Below are positions 7,370 through 16,328 of a stretch of DNA of 28,423 nt, piece after piece. A program made the translations under genes and the position numbers. The notes below the pieces were generated by a model. That model worked only from the letters and a program-made list of their open reading frames with translations, ran no database searches and was not told the origin of the DNA. Location of the stretch: positions 1 through 28,423 of IMG/VR virus record IMGVR_UViG_3300030372_001082, one strand, 5' to 3'. This DNA comes from a virus. Lineage: Duplodnaviria > Caudoviricetes. Within the stretch, counting starts at the first letter, position 1. Each line of letters begins with the position of its first letter.

Positions 7370-7872
7370 AATGAATTGTATTTAATTAGTGGTCTGTATT
7401 TTGTTTTATTATCTTCGTCTTTATAAGCTATAAGCACTTCACGTCTATTATCAGTAACTTTCCAACTTAAATGCACCCAATCAGGATATGTAGGATCTAT
7501 GTATTCTGTAGCATTTCCAAACTCTAATATACATTGGTCAAAGTCTAAATCTAAATCTACAAGCGTTTCATAGATTTTTATATTATCCATTTTGCCACGC
7601 TTAAAGTATTGCAGGTCTACTGCTTCATATCTACAATGTTGTGAATTGCTACTAGAACCAATAGCTTTAGATAAATTAGGACTTCTGTAGCCGCTTGTAA
7701 TTCTCAAAGCACCTAATCTATCACGAATGGTCTGGAGAAAAGCGGCCAGAAGTCTTAACTTGATAATGCCTTCTTTTGTAGGCGAATTATTTATATTTAA
7801 GCGTAATGCAGTTGCACTTCTAGTAAACTCATTAAGCGTAAAATTTTTTGTTAAAAACATTATATCATTCAA
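7366..7872 (-). CDS. Endolysin, peptidase M15A family
   Basis: NFTLNEF..S.TA, ITSGYRS, SQH...AVD, WVHLS zinc-ligand motifs. Confidence 0.85.
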   Translation of the reverse strand: MNDIMFLTKNFTLNEFTRSATALRLNINNSPTKEGIIKLRLLAAFLQTIRDRLGALRITSGYRSPNLSKAIGSSSNSQHCRYEAVDLQYFKRGKMDNIKIYETLVDLDLDFDQCILEFGNATEYIDPTYPDWVHLSWKVTDNRREVLIAYKDEDNKTKYRPLIKYNSL

Positions 7873-8200
7873 ATTTAGTTAAATAAATAGAATCTATTTC
7901 TTTTTGTATGTCTTTTTTTGTAATATCTAACTGCATTAATATATTTCCCTCAAATCTTATTACTTCCTGCTGTTCATCAAATACAATAATAGTAGGCACA
8001 GATTTTATTTTGTGTTTGTCTTTCATATCAAGATCGTGGCATATTACAACATCTGTTTTTTTACAATCTTTTAAAACTGATATATCAAAACTATTATTAC
8101 CATTCCAATCACTATTAAAATGTATTACAGATACTTGCCCAAAACAACTGCCAATACAAAAGAAAAAGAAACCTAAAAATATATATGGAAAATAATTCAT
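7865..8200 (-). CDS. Exported thioredoxin-like-fold protein lacking CxxC
   Basis: Signal peptide, then VIHFNSDWN...IKSVPTIIVF..EVIRFEG. Confidence 0.6.
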   Translation of the reverse strand: MNYFPYIFLGFFFFCIGSCFGQVSVIHFNSDWNGNNSFDISVLKDCKKTDVVICHDLDMKDKHKIKSVPTIIVFDEQQEVIRFEGNILMQLDITKKDIQKEIDSIYLTKFE

Positions 8201-8202
8201 AT

Positions 8203-8481
8203 CTATTTGTTTAAGTTATATAATCTATTATCAATAGTGTTTAATTTGTTTTCTATTGCATCTAGCTTTTTGCTATTGCCCATAATTGTCGTACGAATTA
8301 GTTCATCTTTTAATTCGTATTCCGTAGCACTAACCCAATTGCCTTTGTCTAATGCTTTTTTATTTTCTTCAATATCAGCTTTTAAAGTAAAGTATGTACT
8401 TGATACTGATACTGCCATAGCAATTACAATGCCAATAGTTTTAAAATCTAAAGTCATTTCTGTTTTTTCTGTTATCTTCAT
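8203..8481 (-). CDS. Single-TM plus coiled-coil membrane protein (possible lysis accessory)
   Basis: TM segment TIGIVIAMAVSVSSTYFTL, then heptad-like LDAIENKLNTIDNRLYNL. Confidence 0.6.
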   Translation of the reverse strand: MKITEKTEMTLDFKTIGIVIAMAVSVSSTYFTLKADIEENKKALDKGNWVSATEYELKDELIRTTIMGNSKKLDAIENKLNTIDNRLYNLNK

Positions 8482-8561
8482 TTGTCACATTTATTGCAGC
8501 AATTGATACAGTAATTGCCAAAGGTTAAAAATTTAATAATTTTGCATAGTAATTTTTTCAT
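8478..8561 (-). CDS. Cys-rich mini-protein (27 aa)
   Basis: MKKLLCKIIKFLTFGNYCINCCNKCDK; ATGA overlaps at both ends. Confidence 0.55.
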   Translation of the reverse strand: MKKLLCKIIKFLTFGNYCINCCNKCDK

Positions 8562-9580
8562 AATATAATATAATTTATTCCTAAGTTAATTGTGTGATTT
8601 TCTCTACCAAAATAGCTAAGGTATTCCACCTGCGAATATAATGATAGTGTTTTTGTTATTTTTAAATTTCCTATAATGCCATAGTCATAATCATTTGTAT
8701 CTGATCCATATTCTGTTAGCTTGTGATTTATAAAGAAATAATTACCATAAGCCAGAATAAAGAAGTTGTCTAAATGTAGGTAATAAGATAAACCTACAAC
8801 ACCAGACAATGTGTTTTGGTTTCCAAGTTCAGACAAGATTCTTCTATTATAATCAACAGGTATTGTGCCATAGTGTTGTAAAAATTGTGCAGTATTTTGT
8901 GCTATTACTTGACCATCTAAAATCCATCTATAGAATGATTGTTCTAGCCTGTCTAAATAGCCATTTCCATTAGCATCTATAAAATAAAATTCTTTTACAT
9001 ATCCCAATTCTGCAGCTACTGCTTCAAAGTCATCTGCATTTGGAAAATCATTTTTAAAAGGGTTTAAGCTATATATAGGGTGATTCCTAACTACACCACC
9101 TAAAGATGCTCTAAAACGCTTAAAATCACGCTTAAAACGAAACTCTATTGCGTTAAAACTTAAATCAATGTAACCATTGTTAGAAAATTGTATTTTAGAA
9201 ATTGTATGGTTGCCTACATATCTTAGCCAAATGTCGTGTGATTTATATTCACGCCCTCTATTTTTTATTTGCTCATATTGTAATAGATATTCAAATTTAT
9301 CTACAGGTGAACGATGTATTGATGCGTTCTTTTCGTTGCCATCATAATAGAATTTAGGTTTACGTTCAAATTTAAATCTTGATAATTTTTTAACACCAAC
9401 AAAATATCTATAATTAGCACCTTCATCAATAGTAGTTTCTATTAATTGATTGTCTATATACTGATATGATTCTTGTGCAGTCATCATAGCACTAGAATTT
9501 CCACCTGCATAGATAGTGGCATATTTATAAAATTGACCACTACAGAAAAATGGTAATAATAGAAATATATATTTTATCAT
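8558..9580 (-). CDS. Exported protein, putative outer-membrane beta-barrel
   Basis: Signal peptide; Tyr/Gly-rich alternating strands; C-terminal TINLGINYIIL; DANGNGYLD Ca-binding-like loop. Confidence 0.55.
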   Translation of the reverse strand: MIKYIFLLLPFFCSGQFYKYATIYAGGNSSAMMTAQESYQYIDNQLIETTIDEGANYRYFVGVKKLSRFKFERKPKFYYDGNEKNASIHRSPVDKFEYLLQYEQIKNRGREYKSHDIWLRYVGNHTISKIQFSNNGYIDLSFNAIEFRFKRDFKRFRASLGGVVRNHPIYSLNPFKNDFPNADDFEAVAAELGYVKEFYFIDANGNGYLDRLEQSFYRWILDGQVIAQNTAQFLQHYGTIPVDYNRRILSELGNQNTLSGVVGLSYYLHLDNFFILAYGNYFFINHKLTEYGSDTNDYDYGIIGNLKITKTLSLYSQVEYLSYFGRENHTINLGINYIIL

Positions 9581-10113
9581 AAAAGTTTAGTGTAAGCGTA
9601 TGTAACATAGATATCACAAGACCAACCACCTAAAAAACCAGTGCCACTAGCCCAGCAAATAAAAGGTGTGTTAATTATAGAAGTATTTTTAACAGGTGTT
9701 CGTGGCGCACCTTGAGCATGAACTACATAAGAACAATTAGTTGATTCGCTACTCATAATTCTGTCTACTTTTCCCCAATAGTCAGTATCTACTGTGCCAT
9801 CAAAACCAAATAATAAGCCATTGTTAGATGCTTCTGCTGCTGCTGCATAAGTGCATAAAACAGTTACATTATATATTGTAGGCATATAACCACTCAACGC
9901 ACCTATTAATGTTTTTGGTGTTGTATTTAAAGCTTGAACTTCTGTATTATTTAAAGAGAATTTATCTGTTTGAATAACGTATTTTGAATCAATAGATTTT
10001 GATGTACCCTGTGCTGATCCTGTACTGTCGTTTACATCGACAACCATATATAAGTCGCCGCTACCTGTCTGTTCTGCTAGTGCTGTTTTGTCTGTTAGTC
10101 TTTGTCCTGCCAT
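9577..10113 (-). CDS. Putative virion protein
   Basis: 178 aa, rich in Ser/Thr/Gly, lies in the structural operon. Confidence 0.55.
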   Translation of the reverse strand: MAGQRLTDKTALAEQTGSGDLYMVVDVNDSTGSAQGTSKSIDSKYVIQTDKFSLNNTEVQALNTTPKTLIGALSGYMPTIYNVTVLCTYAAAAEASNNGLLFGFDGTVDTDYWGKVDRIMSSESTNCSYVVHAQGAPRTPVKNTSIINTPFICWASGTGFLGGWSCDIYVTYAYTKLL

Positions 10114-10195
10114 TGTTTAATTTTTTAATATAATTTTTTAGCTTTTTAAAGTTTTCCAAACTGCTTGGATATTTTCTGTGTTCCTTAGCAGCCAT
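10061..10195 (-). CDS. Small basic hypothetical protein (44 aa)
   Basis: MAAKEHRKYPSSLENFKKLKNYIKKLNNGR...; fills the gap between ORFs and overlaps both. Confidence 0.4.
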   Translation of the reverse strand: MAAKEHRKYPSSLENFKKLKNYIKKLNNGRTKTNRQNSTSRTDR

Positions 10196-10772
10196 ATATA
10201 GTAATATCTGCACCTTGCAAGAAACTCTTTAATCTATTGCTTCTTGGCGTTGTAGGTTCTAAATTAATACCTGCAAAATAATTGTTTGTACTTGCATCTA
10301 ATTCTCCTGCATCATTATTGCTACCATATTCAGGAAACGCTGCAGTTCCTTTGTCAGTTAAATAGTCTATTGTTCTTTGTCTGTAAAATTCTGCTGCATC
10401 TTTTGCTCTGTGCATTAAAGGTTCAATATCTTCATAACTTGCACTTGATGATTGGTCTGTAGCACCCATAACCACAATAGCGTTGTTTACAAAACGTAAA
10501 CGCATAAATGGTGCTAATTCTGCAAAGGCAAATTGTACTAATGCTTTTTGTATGTAATCTTCTACAAGCGTTTTATAATCACCTGATAATGTACCACCTT
10601 GTATGTCTGATTTTAATTTAGCATCTAAATCAGTTCCTAGTATTGGCAGAATGTACATATCCTGTGCCAATAATATATAAGGCATAATAAGGTTGTCATC
10701 TACTGATCCACCTAATGCGGTATCTTTTTTTAATCTTGTACTACTAATGTAGAGTGTGTGTTGTATCGCCAT
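10185..10772 (-). CDS. Putative head-tail adaptor
   Basis: Directly after the portal; helical protein with AQD.YI.PILG..L pattern. Confidence 0.55.
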   Translation of the reverse strand: MAIQHTLYISSTRLKKDTALGGSVDDNLIMPYILLAQDMYILPILGTDLDAKLKSDIQGGTLSGDYKTLVEDYIQKALVQFAFAELAPFMRLRFVNNAIVVMGATDQSSSASYEDIEPLMHRAKDAAEFYRQRTIDYLTDKGTAAFPEYGSNNDAGELDASTNNYFAGINLEPTTPRSNRLKSFLQGADITIYGC

Positions 10773-10783
10773 AGTTTATTAAT

Positions 10784-13018
10784 TTATACAGGTGTTGATC
10801 TACTTCTTTCTTTTTCTTTTCTTGGTCTTAAAAATCCGTGATTAGGCATTTTCCAAGTTGTTTTTCTCATTTCAGCATCATCAGGCATTGGCATTTTTCC
10901 ATTTGCAAATTGTTGTGATACTAACCTAAAATTATTTAGTGTTCCATTAGGTAAGTATTCGCCTTCTGTATATTCTTTTCCATCAACATCTACAAATGTT
11001 TGTCCTTTAGGAACTTGCCTTCTAAAATAGAATACACGTTCCCATTTATGTTTACAGTTAGCACCGCCCTTGTATAATGCGATATTATATGTGTTTGAAC
11101 CATTTGGTCCAAAACCTTTATTTACTGCTTTTTGAGACGCTTTCTTTAAATCTTCCATTCTATACAATGTGCCTTGTTTAGATTTAGCAACCATTTTTTC
11201 ACAGAATTTTCTACTTGTTACTTTGCCTGTTTCTTTGCTTATAGATAATGTTTGTGAATACCTATATAAAACTCTAAACATTCCAATATCACTTGAACTA
11301 TCAGCTACATTTGGTGTTCCTGCAGGTGCATAAGCAAATTCGTGGTATCTACTATCTATGTTGTGTTCATCTAATTCAACAACGTGTGCTTCAAACCATT
11401 CATCTTCATTTAACTTAATGCCTACTTCATCAAAGTAATCTAAACAAACATCATCATCTTCTACATTAATGCACATTTCATCTCTTACACCTTCTATTTC
11501 TTTAACTTTTTTTTTTGCCCAAGATTGTCCTGCATCACCACCCCATAATGCCCAAGCTATTCTACCTGCACTTGGGAAACCATCTTCGCCTATTTCAAAA
11601 CCTTCTGCTTTTTTATCAACTTCGTGTCTTGCAAAAAAGCTATTCATTCTTTTAATTGTGTCAAAAGAAAGATTGTCACCATTCTTAATGTTCGTGGCTC
11701 TAGCAACTGCAACCTGTGTTCCACCTCTACCATATTCTTTACGCCATTCTAAACCTTTTTTAGCTTCTTCAATCATTCCTTTTGTAGGTTTAGTATCTAT
11801 GTCTTGTAAGTCTTTAAATTCTTGCTTTAAATTATCAGTATCAATATCTTCTTTTGTAACACCTTCTTTTTCTTGGTCTTCTTCTGATTGTGTTTTAGTA
11901 ACTTCTAAATCAATAAAATCAGCAGGTTTAAGCGACTTAAAGTATAAATCAAGGTTTATATTATTAACTCTAAATATCTTGTTTAAACCTTTTAAAAGTG
12001 TGTTTTGGAACGGGACTAATACTGTATTTGAAAAAAGTGAAAATGCGTCCCTCAGTTCGTCTGCATTATTGCCTAATCCGCCACCTTCTGCTCGTATTCC
12101 AAATAGTATTGGTGATGTGACTCTATGCCCTGCAAGTATTTGATTTACTGCTTGTTTACTCATACCTTCCCAAGCTGATTGTGCATCATTCATTTGGATA
12201 GGTTCAATAACAGGTGCAGTTTCTTTGCCATCATTAAATGTAATAAGTATTTTTCCTGCATTACCACTACCTGCAAATTTTTGATTTAGTTGTCTTTCTA
12301 TTGTTCTTCTTTCTTCATCTGAAGGTACGCCATTAGAGAAACCAACGTGCATACTTGGTGTCATTCCTGATGTGATATTAGATAAATGAAATTGTGCAAT
12401 TTCTAATTCCATTTGAATCCAATCTGTAGCTGCAACATAATCAGGTGCAAATCCATAGAATAAAGCAGGGTTCTTATCTCGAATCATTAAGATTTGACTT
12501 GCGTTGCTTCTGTCTTCTGTGGAAAATGCACTATAAGGTCTTGGCTTATATTCATTTTTTTTTGCTTTTGACCAATCTGCACTATAATAATAAGTTCTTA
12601 TTTCGCCATCTATCATTTTACCTGATCTTATGTATTGTGCAGGTATATGTAATATCTTTGCAATCTTGCTTCTATCTCTTGACCATATTACATTAACATA
12701 ACACCCACCAAATAGCTTTAAGTCCATAGCTAGGTCTTTTAATACATCATCATCAGAATTATGTAATAGTTCTGTTAAACGCAAATAAGATTCTTTAGTG
12801 TCTGTATTTTCATCAGCATTTGTAGCTGCTAACCCTTCACCATAAATCATAGCACCAATAGACTTAATTAATGCACCATTTATTGCACTACCTAAAAATA
12901 ATTCTAATAAATAATTAGGGTACAAATTATCTTCACCAAAACTTATCCATTCGTTTCTAGGATCTTCTACTAAATGAGGTATATTATAATGTGATAATTT
13001 TATTAAGTCTAAATTCAT
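10784..13018 (-). CDS. Portal protein with long C-terminal extension
   Basis: FGEDNLYP, NI..G..PS, KFAGSGNAGK, ILAGHRVTSPILFGI portal-like motifs in the first ~370 aa. Confidence 0.8.
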   Translation of the reverse strand: MNLDLIKLSHYNIPHLVEDPRNEWISFGEDNLYPNYLLELFLGSAINGALIKSIGAMIYGEGLAATNADENTDTKESYLRLTELLHNSDDDVLKDLAMDLKLFGGCYVNVIWSRDRSKIAKILHIPAQYIRSGKMIDGEIRTYYYSADWSKAKKNEYKPRPYSAFSTEDRSNASQILMIRDKNPALFYGFAPDYVAATDWIQMELEIAQFHLSNITSGMTPSMHVGFSNGVPSDEERRTIERQLNQKFAGSGNAGKILITFNDGKETAPVIEPIQMNDAQSAWEGMSKQAVNQILAGHRVTSPILFGIRAEGGGLGNNADELRDAFSLFSNTVLVPFQNTLLKGLNKIFRVNNINLDLYFKSLKPADFIDLEVTKTQSEEDQEKEGVTKEDIDTDNLKQEFKDLQDIDTKPTKGMIEEAKKGLEWRKEYGRGGTQVAVARATNIKNGDNLSFDTIKRMNSFFARHEVDKKAEGFEIGEDGFPSAGRIAWALWGGDAGQSWAKKKVKEIEGVRDEMCINVEDDDVCLDYFDEVGIKLNEDEWFEAHVVELDEHNIDSRYHEFAYAPAGTPNVADSSSDIGMFRVLYRYSQTLSISKETGKVTSRKFCEKMVAKSKQGTLYRMEDLKKASQKAVNKGFGPNGSNTYNIALYKGGANCKHKWERVFYFRRQVPKGQTFVDVDGKEYTEGEYLPNGTLNNFRLVSQQFANGKMPMPDDAEMRKTTWKMPNHGFLRPRKEKERSRSTPV

Positions 13019-13020
13019 AA

Positions 13021-13575
13021 TTAATTTGTTAGATAACTAACTTCATTTTCTGTATCGTTAGTTGTATATTCTTTATATTGAACTTCTTGAAAATTAGCAC
13101 TTCCTGTGCTAGTGCTAGGTCTCATATGTAATAAGCCATTATATAATGTAGCTTTTGAATTATCAGGGTCTAAATCATCGCTTGTTTCCATTTCGTATAT
13201 GGTTAAATTGTAAAAACCTAAAGGAAATTCTTCACTACCAACAATTACTCTACCTATTGTTAAATCCTCGACCGCTTCACCAGGTGTTTCATATAACCAA
13301 GTTGTTTGTACCCATCTATCAAAAGAATTTACATTGATACCACAACTAGGTGCAGCTAATTTTCTACTAAATATTTTTGTTTTTTTAGTATATTGACTTT
13401 CTAATTTGTATAAAAGATATGGAAAAGTCATAAAAAAATAAGTAGTTCCTGCTATTTCTAAACTTGTTATAATAGGTGTCTGTGTTATTTTATCACTTAT
13501 ATCTATATACCCACCCATAGACTTATTCCATTGTGGCGGACTATTATATGTTTTATTTACAACACTATTAAACAT
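13021..13575 (-). CDS. Hypothetical structural protein
   Basis: ORF track; lies between tail tube and portal. Confidence 0.6.
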   Translation of the reverse strand: MFNSVVNKTYNSPPQWNKSMGGYIDISDKITQTPIITSLEIAGTTYFFMTFPYLLYKLESQYTKKTKIFSRKLAAPSCGINVNSFDRWVQTTWLYETPGEAVEDLTIGRVIVGSEEFPLGFYNLTIYEMETSDDLDPDNSKATLYNGLLHMRPSTSTGSANFQEVQYKEYTTNDTENEVSYLTN

Positions 13576-13672
13576 CTTTTGTCATTATTGTTTTTATCAA
13601 AGTTTTTGTTTTTGTGTTATATTCAAAAACTACTTCTTCTATTTCTTGTAATTCTGTTTTATCGCTACTCAT
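13568..13672 (-). CDS. Hypothetical protein (34 aa)
   Basis: MSSDKTELQEIEEVVFEYNTKTKTLIKTIMTKDV; overlaps both neighbours. Confidence 0.4.
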   Translation of the reverse strand: MSSDKTELQEIEEVVFEYNTKTKTLIKTIMTKDV

Positions 13673-13826
13673 CTTTCTTTTTCTTCTTTGGTTTATCTTC
13701 TACAAATAAAGCACTTCTAACAGAATCGTTTAATCCTGCTATTTGCTTTTGTGTTAAATCATCTAATGGTACATTTAAAGAATCAATAGATTTTCCTTCC
13801 CATTCTTTTTTAAGTTTCCAAGCCAT
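13665..13826 (-). CDS. Hypothetical protein (53 aa)
   Basis: MAWKLKKEWEGKSIDSLNVPLDDLTQKQIAGLNDSVRSALFVEDKPKKKKKDE; follows a late-promoter motif. Confidence 0.65.
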   Translation of the reverse strand: MAWKLKKEWEGKSIDSLNVPLDDLTQKQIAGLNDSVRSALFVEDKPKKKKKDE

Positions 13827-13837
13827 AGTGTTTTATT

Positions 13838-13864
13838 ATAAATATAAATAATTATTATTTGTTT
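13838..13864 (-). promoter_or_regulatory. Putative late promoter AAACAA-N10-TTTATATTTAT
   Basis: One of four copies with exact spacing; immediately downstream of a terminator. Confidence 0.7.
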
Positions 13865-13874
13865 TTTAGTGTAC

Positions 13875-13900
13875 AAAAAAAGGGGTAATAAAACCCCTTT
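13875..13900 (-). terminator. Rho-independent terminator after the tail tube gene
   Basis: AAAGGGGT-TTTATT-ACCCCTTT followed by a T run. Confidence 0.8.
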
Positions 13901-13922
13901 CTTCTTTTAAATTGAGTAGCAA

Positions 13923-14522
13923 TTAAGTTCCTGGTGTAATGGTTAATGCTGCATCTGCATCACCTAATCCGTCAAATGGATAATCAGTTTGTGCTGCACC
14001 ACCTGATGCAGGAATCTGTATTAAAGCATTTCTTTCTTCTGCACCCCACTCTATAGTGTAACCATTCATATCACCTTTTGCAGTTCCCGTAACTACTGTA
14101 CCGCCTGTCACATAGCAACCACCATCAATACCTAACAAGAATACATTGTCGTTTGCATCTTGTACAAATATCTGTGAACGTGAATATGCCATAAGTCTTA
14201 ACTCATTAGTCATATCGTGGTCAATCTTTTGAAGCGTTACACTAAGTGTTTGCTCAAAAAATGTAGTACCATTAGCATTATCAGAATTAATGTTTACTGT
14301 CAAACTTGACAAGTTCTGCACTAAATCATATTTGAATACTGTAGTTGCACTTCCTGAAGCACCTGACCAAGTAGCAAAACCTGCAGTAGTCATTTCAGTA
14401 GCATTTATAGTAGCAACAGCAGAGATGTTATTATTGTAATTTTTACAAATATAAATTGCTTTTAAGCCACCTATGGTGTCCTTGCAGTCTATTAATCGCC
14501 CTCTTGTAATATCACAAGCCAT
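13923..14522 (-). CDS. Putative major tail (tube) protein
   Basis: MAC.IT.GR...CKD.IGG, NGTTFFEQTL, TGTAKGDMNGYT; about 200 aa, directly after the capsid gene. Confidence 0.65.
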   Translation of the reverse strand: MACDITRGRLIDCKDTIGGLKAIYICKNYNNNISAVATINATEMTTAGFATWSGASGSATTVFKYDLVQNLSSLTVNINSDNANGTTFFEQTLSVTLQKIDHDMTNELRLMAYSRSQIFVQDANDNVFLLGIDGGCYVTGGTVVTGTAKGDMNGYTIEWGAEERNALIQIPASGGAAQTDYPFDGLGDADAALTITPGT

Positions 14523-14544
14523 ATCTTTTTATTTATTAAAGGTT

Positions 14545-14573
14545 AATAAAAGGGCAGTATATTTCAACTGCCC
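14545..14573 (-). terminator. Hairpin / probable leaky terminator after the capsid gene
   Basis: GGGCAGT-TGAAATAT-ACTGCCC-TTTTATT. Confidence 0.65.
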
Positions 14574-14587
14574 ATTTAAAGTATCTA

Positions 14588-15571
14588 TTAAGTCCAAACA
14601 GTTGAACCGTATACACCATCAGCAGCAACCGCACATTGTACGCCTAATGCAAAGTTCATAACAATTCTAACATTGTCTGAACCATCAAACTGATATGTAG
14701 GTATAACTCTTGCTTCTGTCCAATCAGTAGCTAGGTTAGTTCCAAATACAAGGTTTTCTCTATAAGTTGCTACAATAACATCATCAAACATTCCTGGACA
14801 AACGTAAATTGGGAATCCGAAATAAGTAATGCCTTCAAATGATTGTGCTACACCTAGACTATTGATACCTTGATTAGAACCTGCATTTGCTAACGCTTGA
14901 ATTAAGAAAGCATAAGTTTTAGAGTTTACATAGAAACCAAATCCTTCCTTAGAAGTTAGTCCTGCAATACCAACTGCTGCATCATATACTGAAGCCATGT
15001 CAGTTAGAATGTCAGATGCTGCTAAAGCATTTGCAAAATCAACTTCTGTAAAATCTTTTAATGCACTTGCATCTGCACCTGCTTCATCTTGTGTTCCATC
15101 GTTAGATAAGAAACCTACACCAAATGGTGAAGATCCTTTCCATATCATATTCTCAATATGTGCACCCGCTTTTGCTGCAACTGCTGATAATAAAAAGTCT
15201 TCAAATGTGCCAGGCAAATTTCCATTTCTGTCCATATTTTCGCCAATCCAAGTAGGGAATATAGTCCCTCTACAAATTTCTTCATTAACTTTCATATCAG
15301 TTAGTGTTAAAACTTGCTCTGTTAATGATGTATCATTTCCACTAGAGAAAGAACACGCAGCAGCAACTACAGGATCACTAACACCAAGATTAGATATAAC
15401 TGCTTTTGAATTTAAACCGTCTATTGTTCTTACATATCCTTTTGCTATAGTGTCAGGTGACTTTACAGCAGCAGTCACATAAGGCAACGCTAATTTACCT
15501 GCATAGGTGTTATCAGTCACGGTAATATCAAACTGATAATCTTTACTTAAATTATATTGATTTTTTGCCAT
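14588..15571 (-). CDS. Major capsid protein
   Basis: 327 aa after protease and scaffold; TYAGK, ENMIWKG, NLVFGTNL, DGSDNVR.VM.F..GVQ. Confidence 0.8.
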   Translation of the reverse strand: MAKNQYNLSKDYQFDITVTDNTYAGKLALPYVTAAVKSPDTIAKGYVRTIDGLNSKAVISNLGVSDPVVAAACSFSSGNDTSLTEQVLTLTDMKVNEEICRGTIFPTWIGENMDRNGNLPGTFEDFLLSAVAAKAGAHIENMIWKGSSPFGVGFLSNDGTQDEAGADASALKDFTEVDFANALAASDILTDMASVYDAAVGIAGLTSKEGFGFYVNSKTYAFLIQALANAGSNQGINSLGVAQSFEGITYFGFPIYVCPGMFDDVIVATYRENLVFGTNLATDWTEARVIPTYQFDGSDNVRIVMNFALGVQCAVAADGVYGSTVWT

Positions 15572-15579
15572 TTTTAAAA

Positions 15580-16287
15580 TTATTTATTGTTAATGTAATA
15601 TGCTGCCCTCTCTTTAGTAGACAGTTTTTTTAAGTCAACAGTTGAACTAAAATGCTCACCTTCTGGATTGTAATTAATACCTTCCGTAGCAGGTTCATTA
15701 CTTAATTCTACTATTTTACTTTTTAATTCTTCAATTTGTGTCATAAGTTCACCAATCACTTCATTAGACATTTCTGTCTTTTCTTCTTCAACTTCTTCTA
15801 TCTTAGCAGTTTCTTCTTCTTTAGATAGTTCTTCGGTTTCTTCTTCTGCTTTTTCGCCAAATATCGCTTTTTCTAATTCTGCTACTCTATCTTTTAGTTT
15901 TTCGTAAGTTTCTGCCCAATCAGCTTTTTCAGCAGGTGTATCTCCTGGTTCATCAAATTCTTCTTTTGTTTCTTCTGACATTTCTTCTGTTTCTTCTGAT
16001 GCTTCAACATCTTCTGCTTCTTTTTCTTCGCCTAAATCTAAAATTTCAGATGAATCACCTATTGTCATTTCATTGCCATTTTCCATTTTATAGTTTCCTG
16101 CGGATAATGCTTCTGCTTCGCCATCATCACCAACAGCAAATACTTTAGACCCAATCATAAATTGCTCATCTTCTGTAGCAATAGTACGACCATCATCTAA
16201 TTTCATTTCAGCGTACATTTTTACGCTATAAGATTTAGCTTCGTTTTTCATTTTTATAAGATTTAAAATTTTTTCTAGTGTTCCCAT
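15580..16287 (-). CDS. Capsid scaffolding protein
   Basis: Very Glu-rich with coiled-coil; between protease and capsid genes. Confidence 0.7.
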   Translation of the reverse strand: MGTLEKILNLIKMKNEAKSYSVKMYAEMKLDDGRTIATEDEQFMIGSKVFAVGDDGEAEALSAGNYKMENGNEMTIGDSSEILDLGEEKEAEDVEASEETEEMSEETKEEFDEPGDTPAEKADWAETYEKLKDRVAELEKAIFGEKAEEETEELSKEEETAKIEEVEEEKTEMSNEVIGELMTQIEELKSKIVELSNEPATEGINYNPEGEHFSSTVDLKKLSTKERAAYYINNK

Positions 16288-16294
16288 AACATTA

Positions 16295-16321
16295 ATAAAT
16301 ATAAAGGTGTTTAAATTGTTT
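16295..16321 (-). promoter_or_regulatory. Putative late promoter AAACAA-N10-TTTATATTTAT
   Basis: 7 nt upstream of the scaffold ATG. Confidence 0.7.
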
Positions 16322-16328
16322 ACTTCTT

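Noticed and set aside
15760-16030. TTC/TTCTTC-rich repeats
   Set aside because: Explained by Glu-rich scaffold coding sequence
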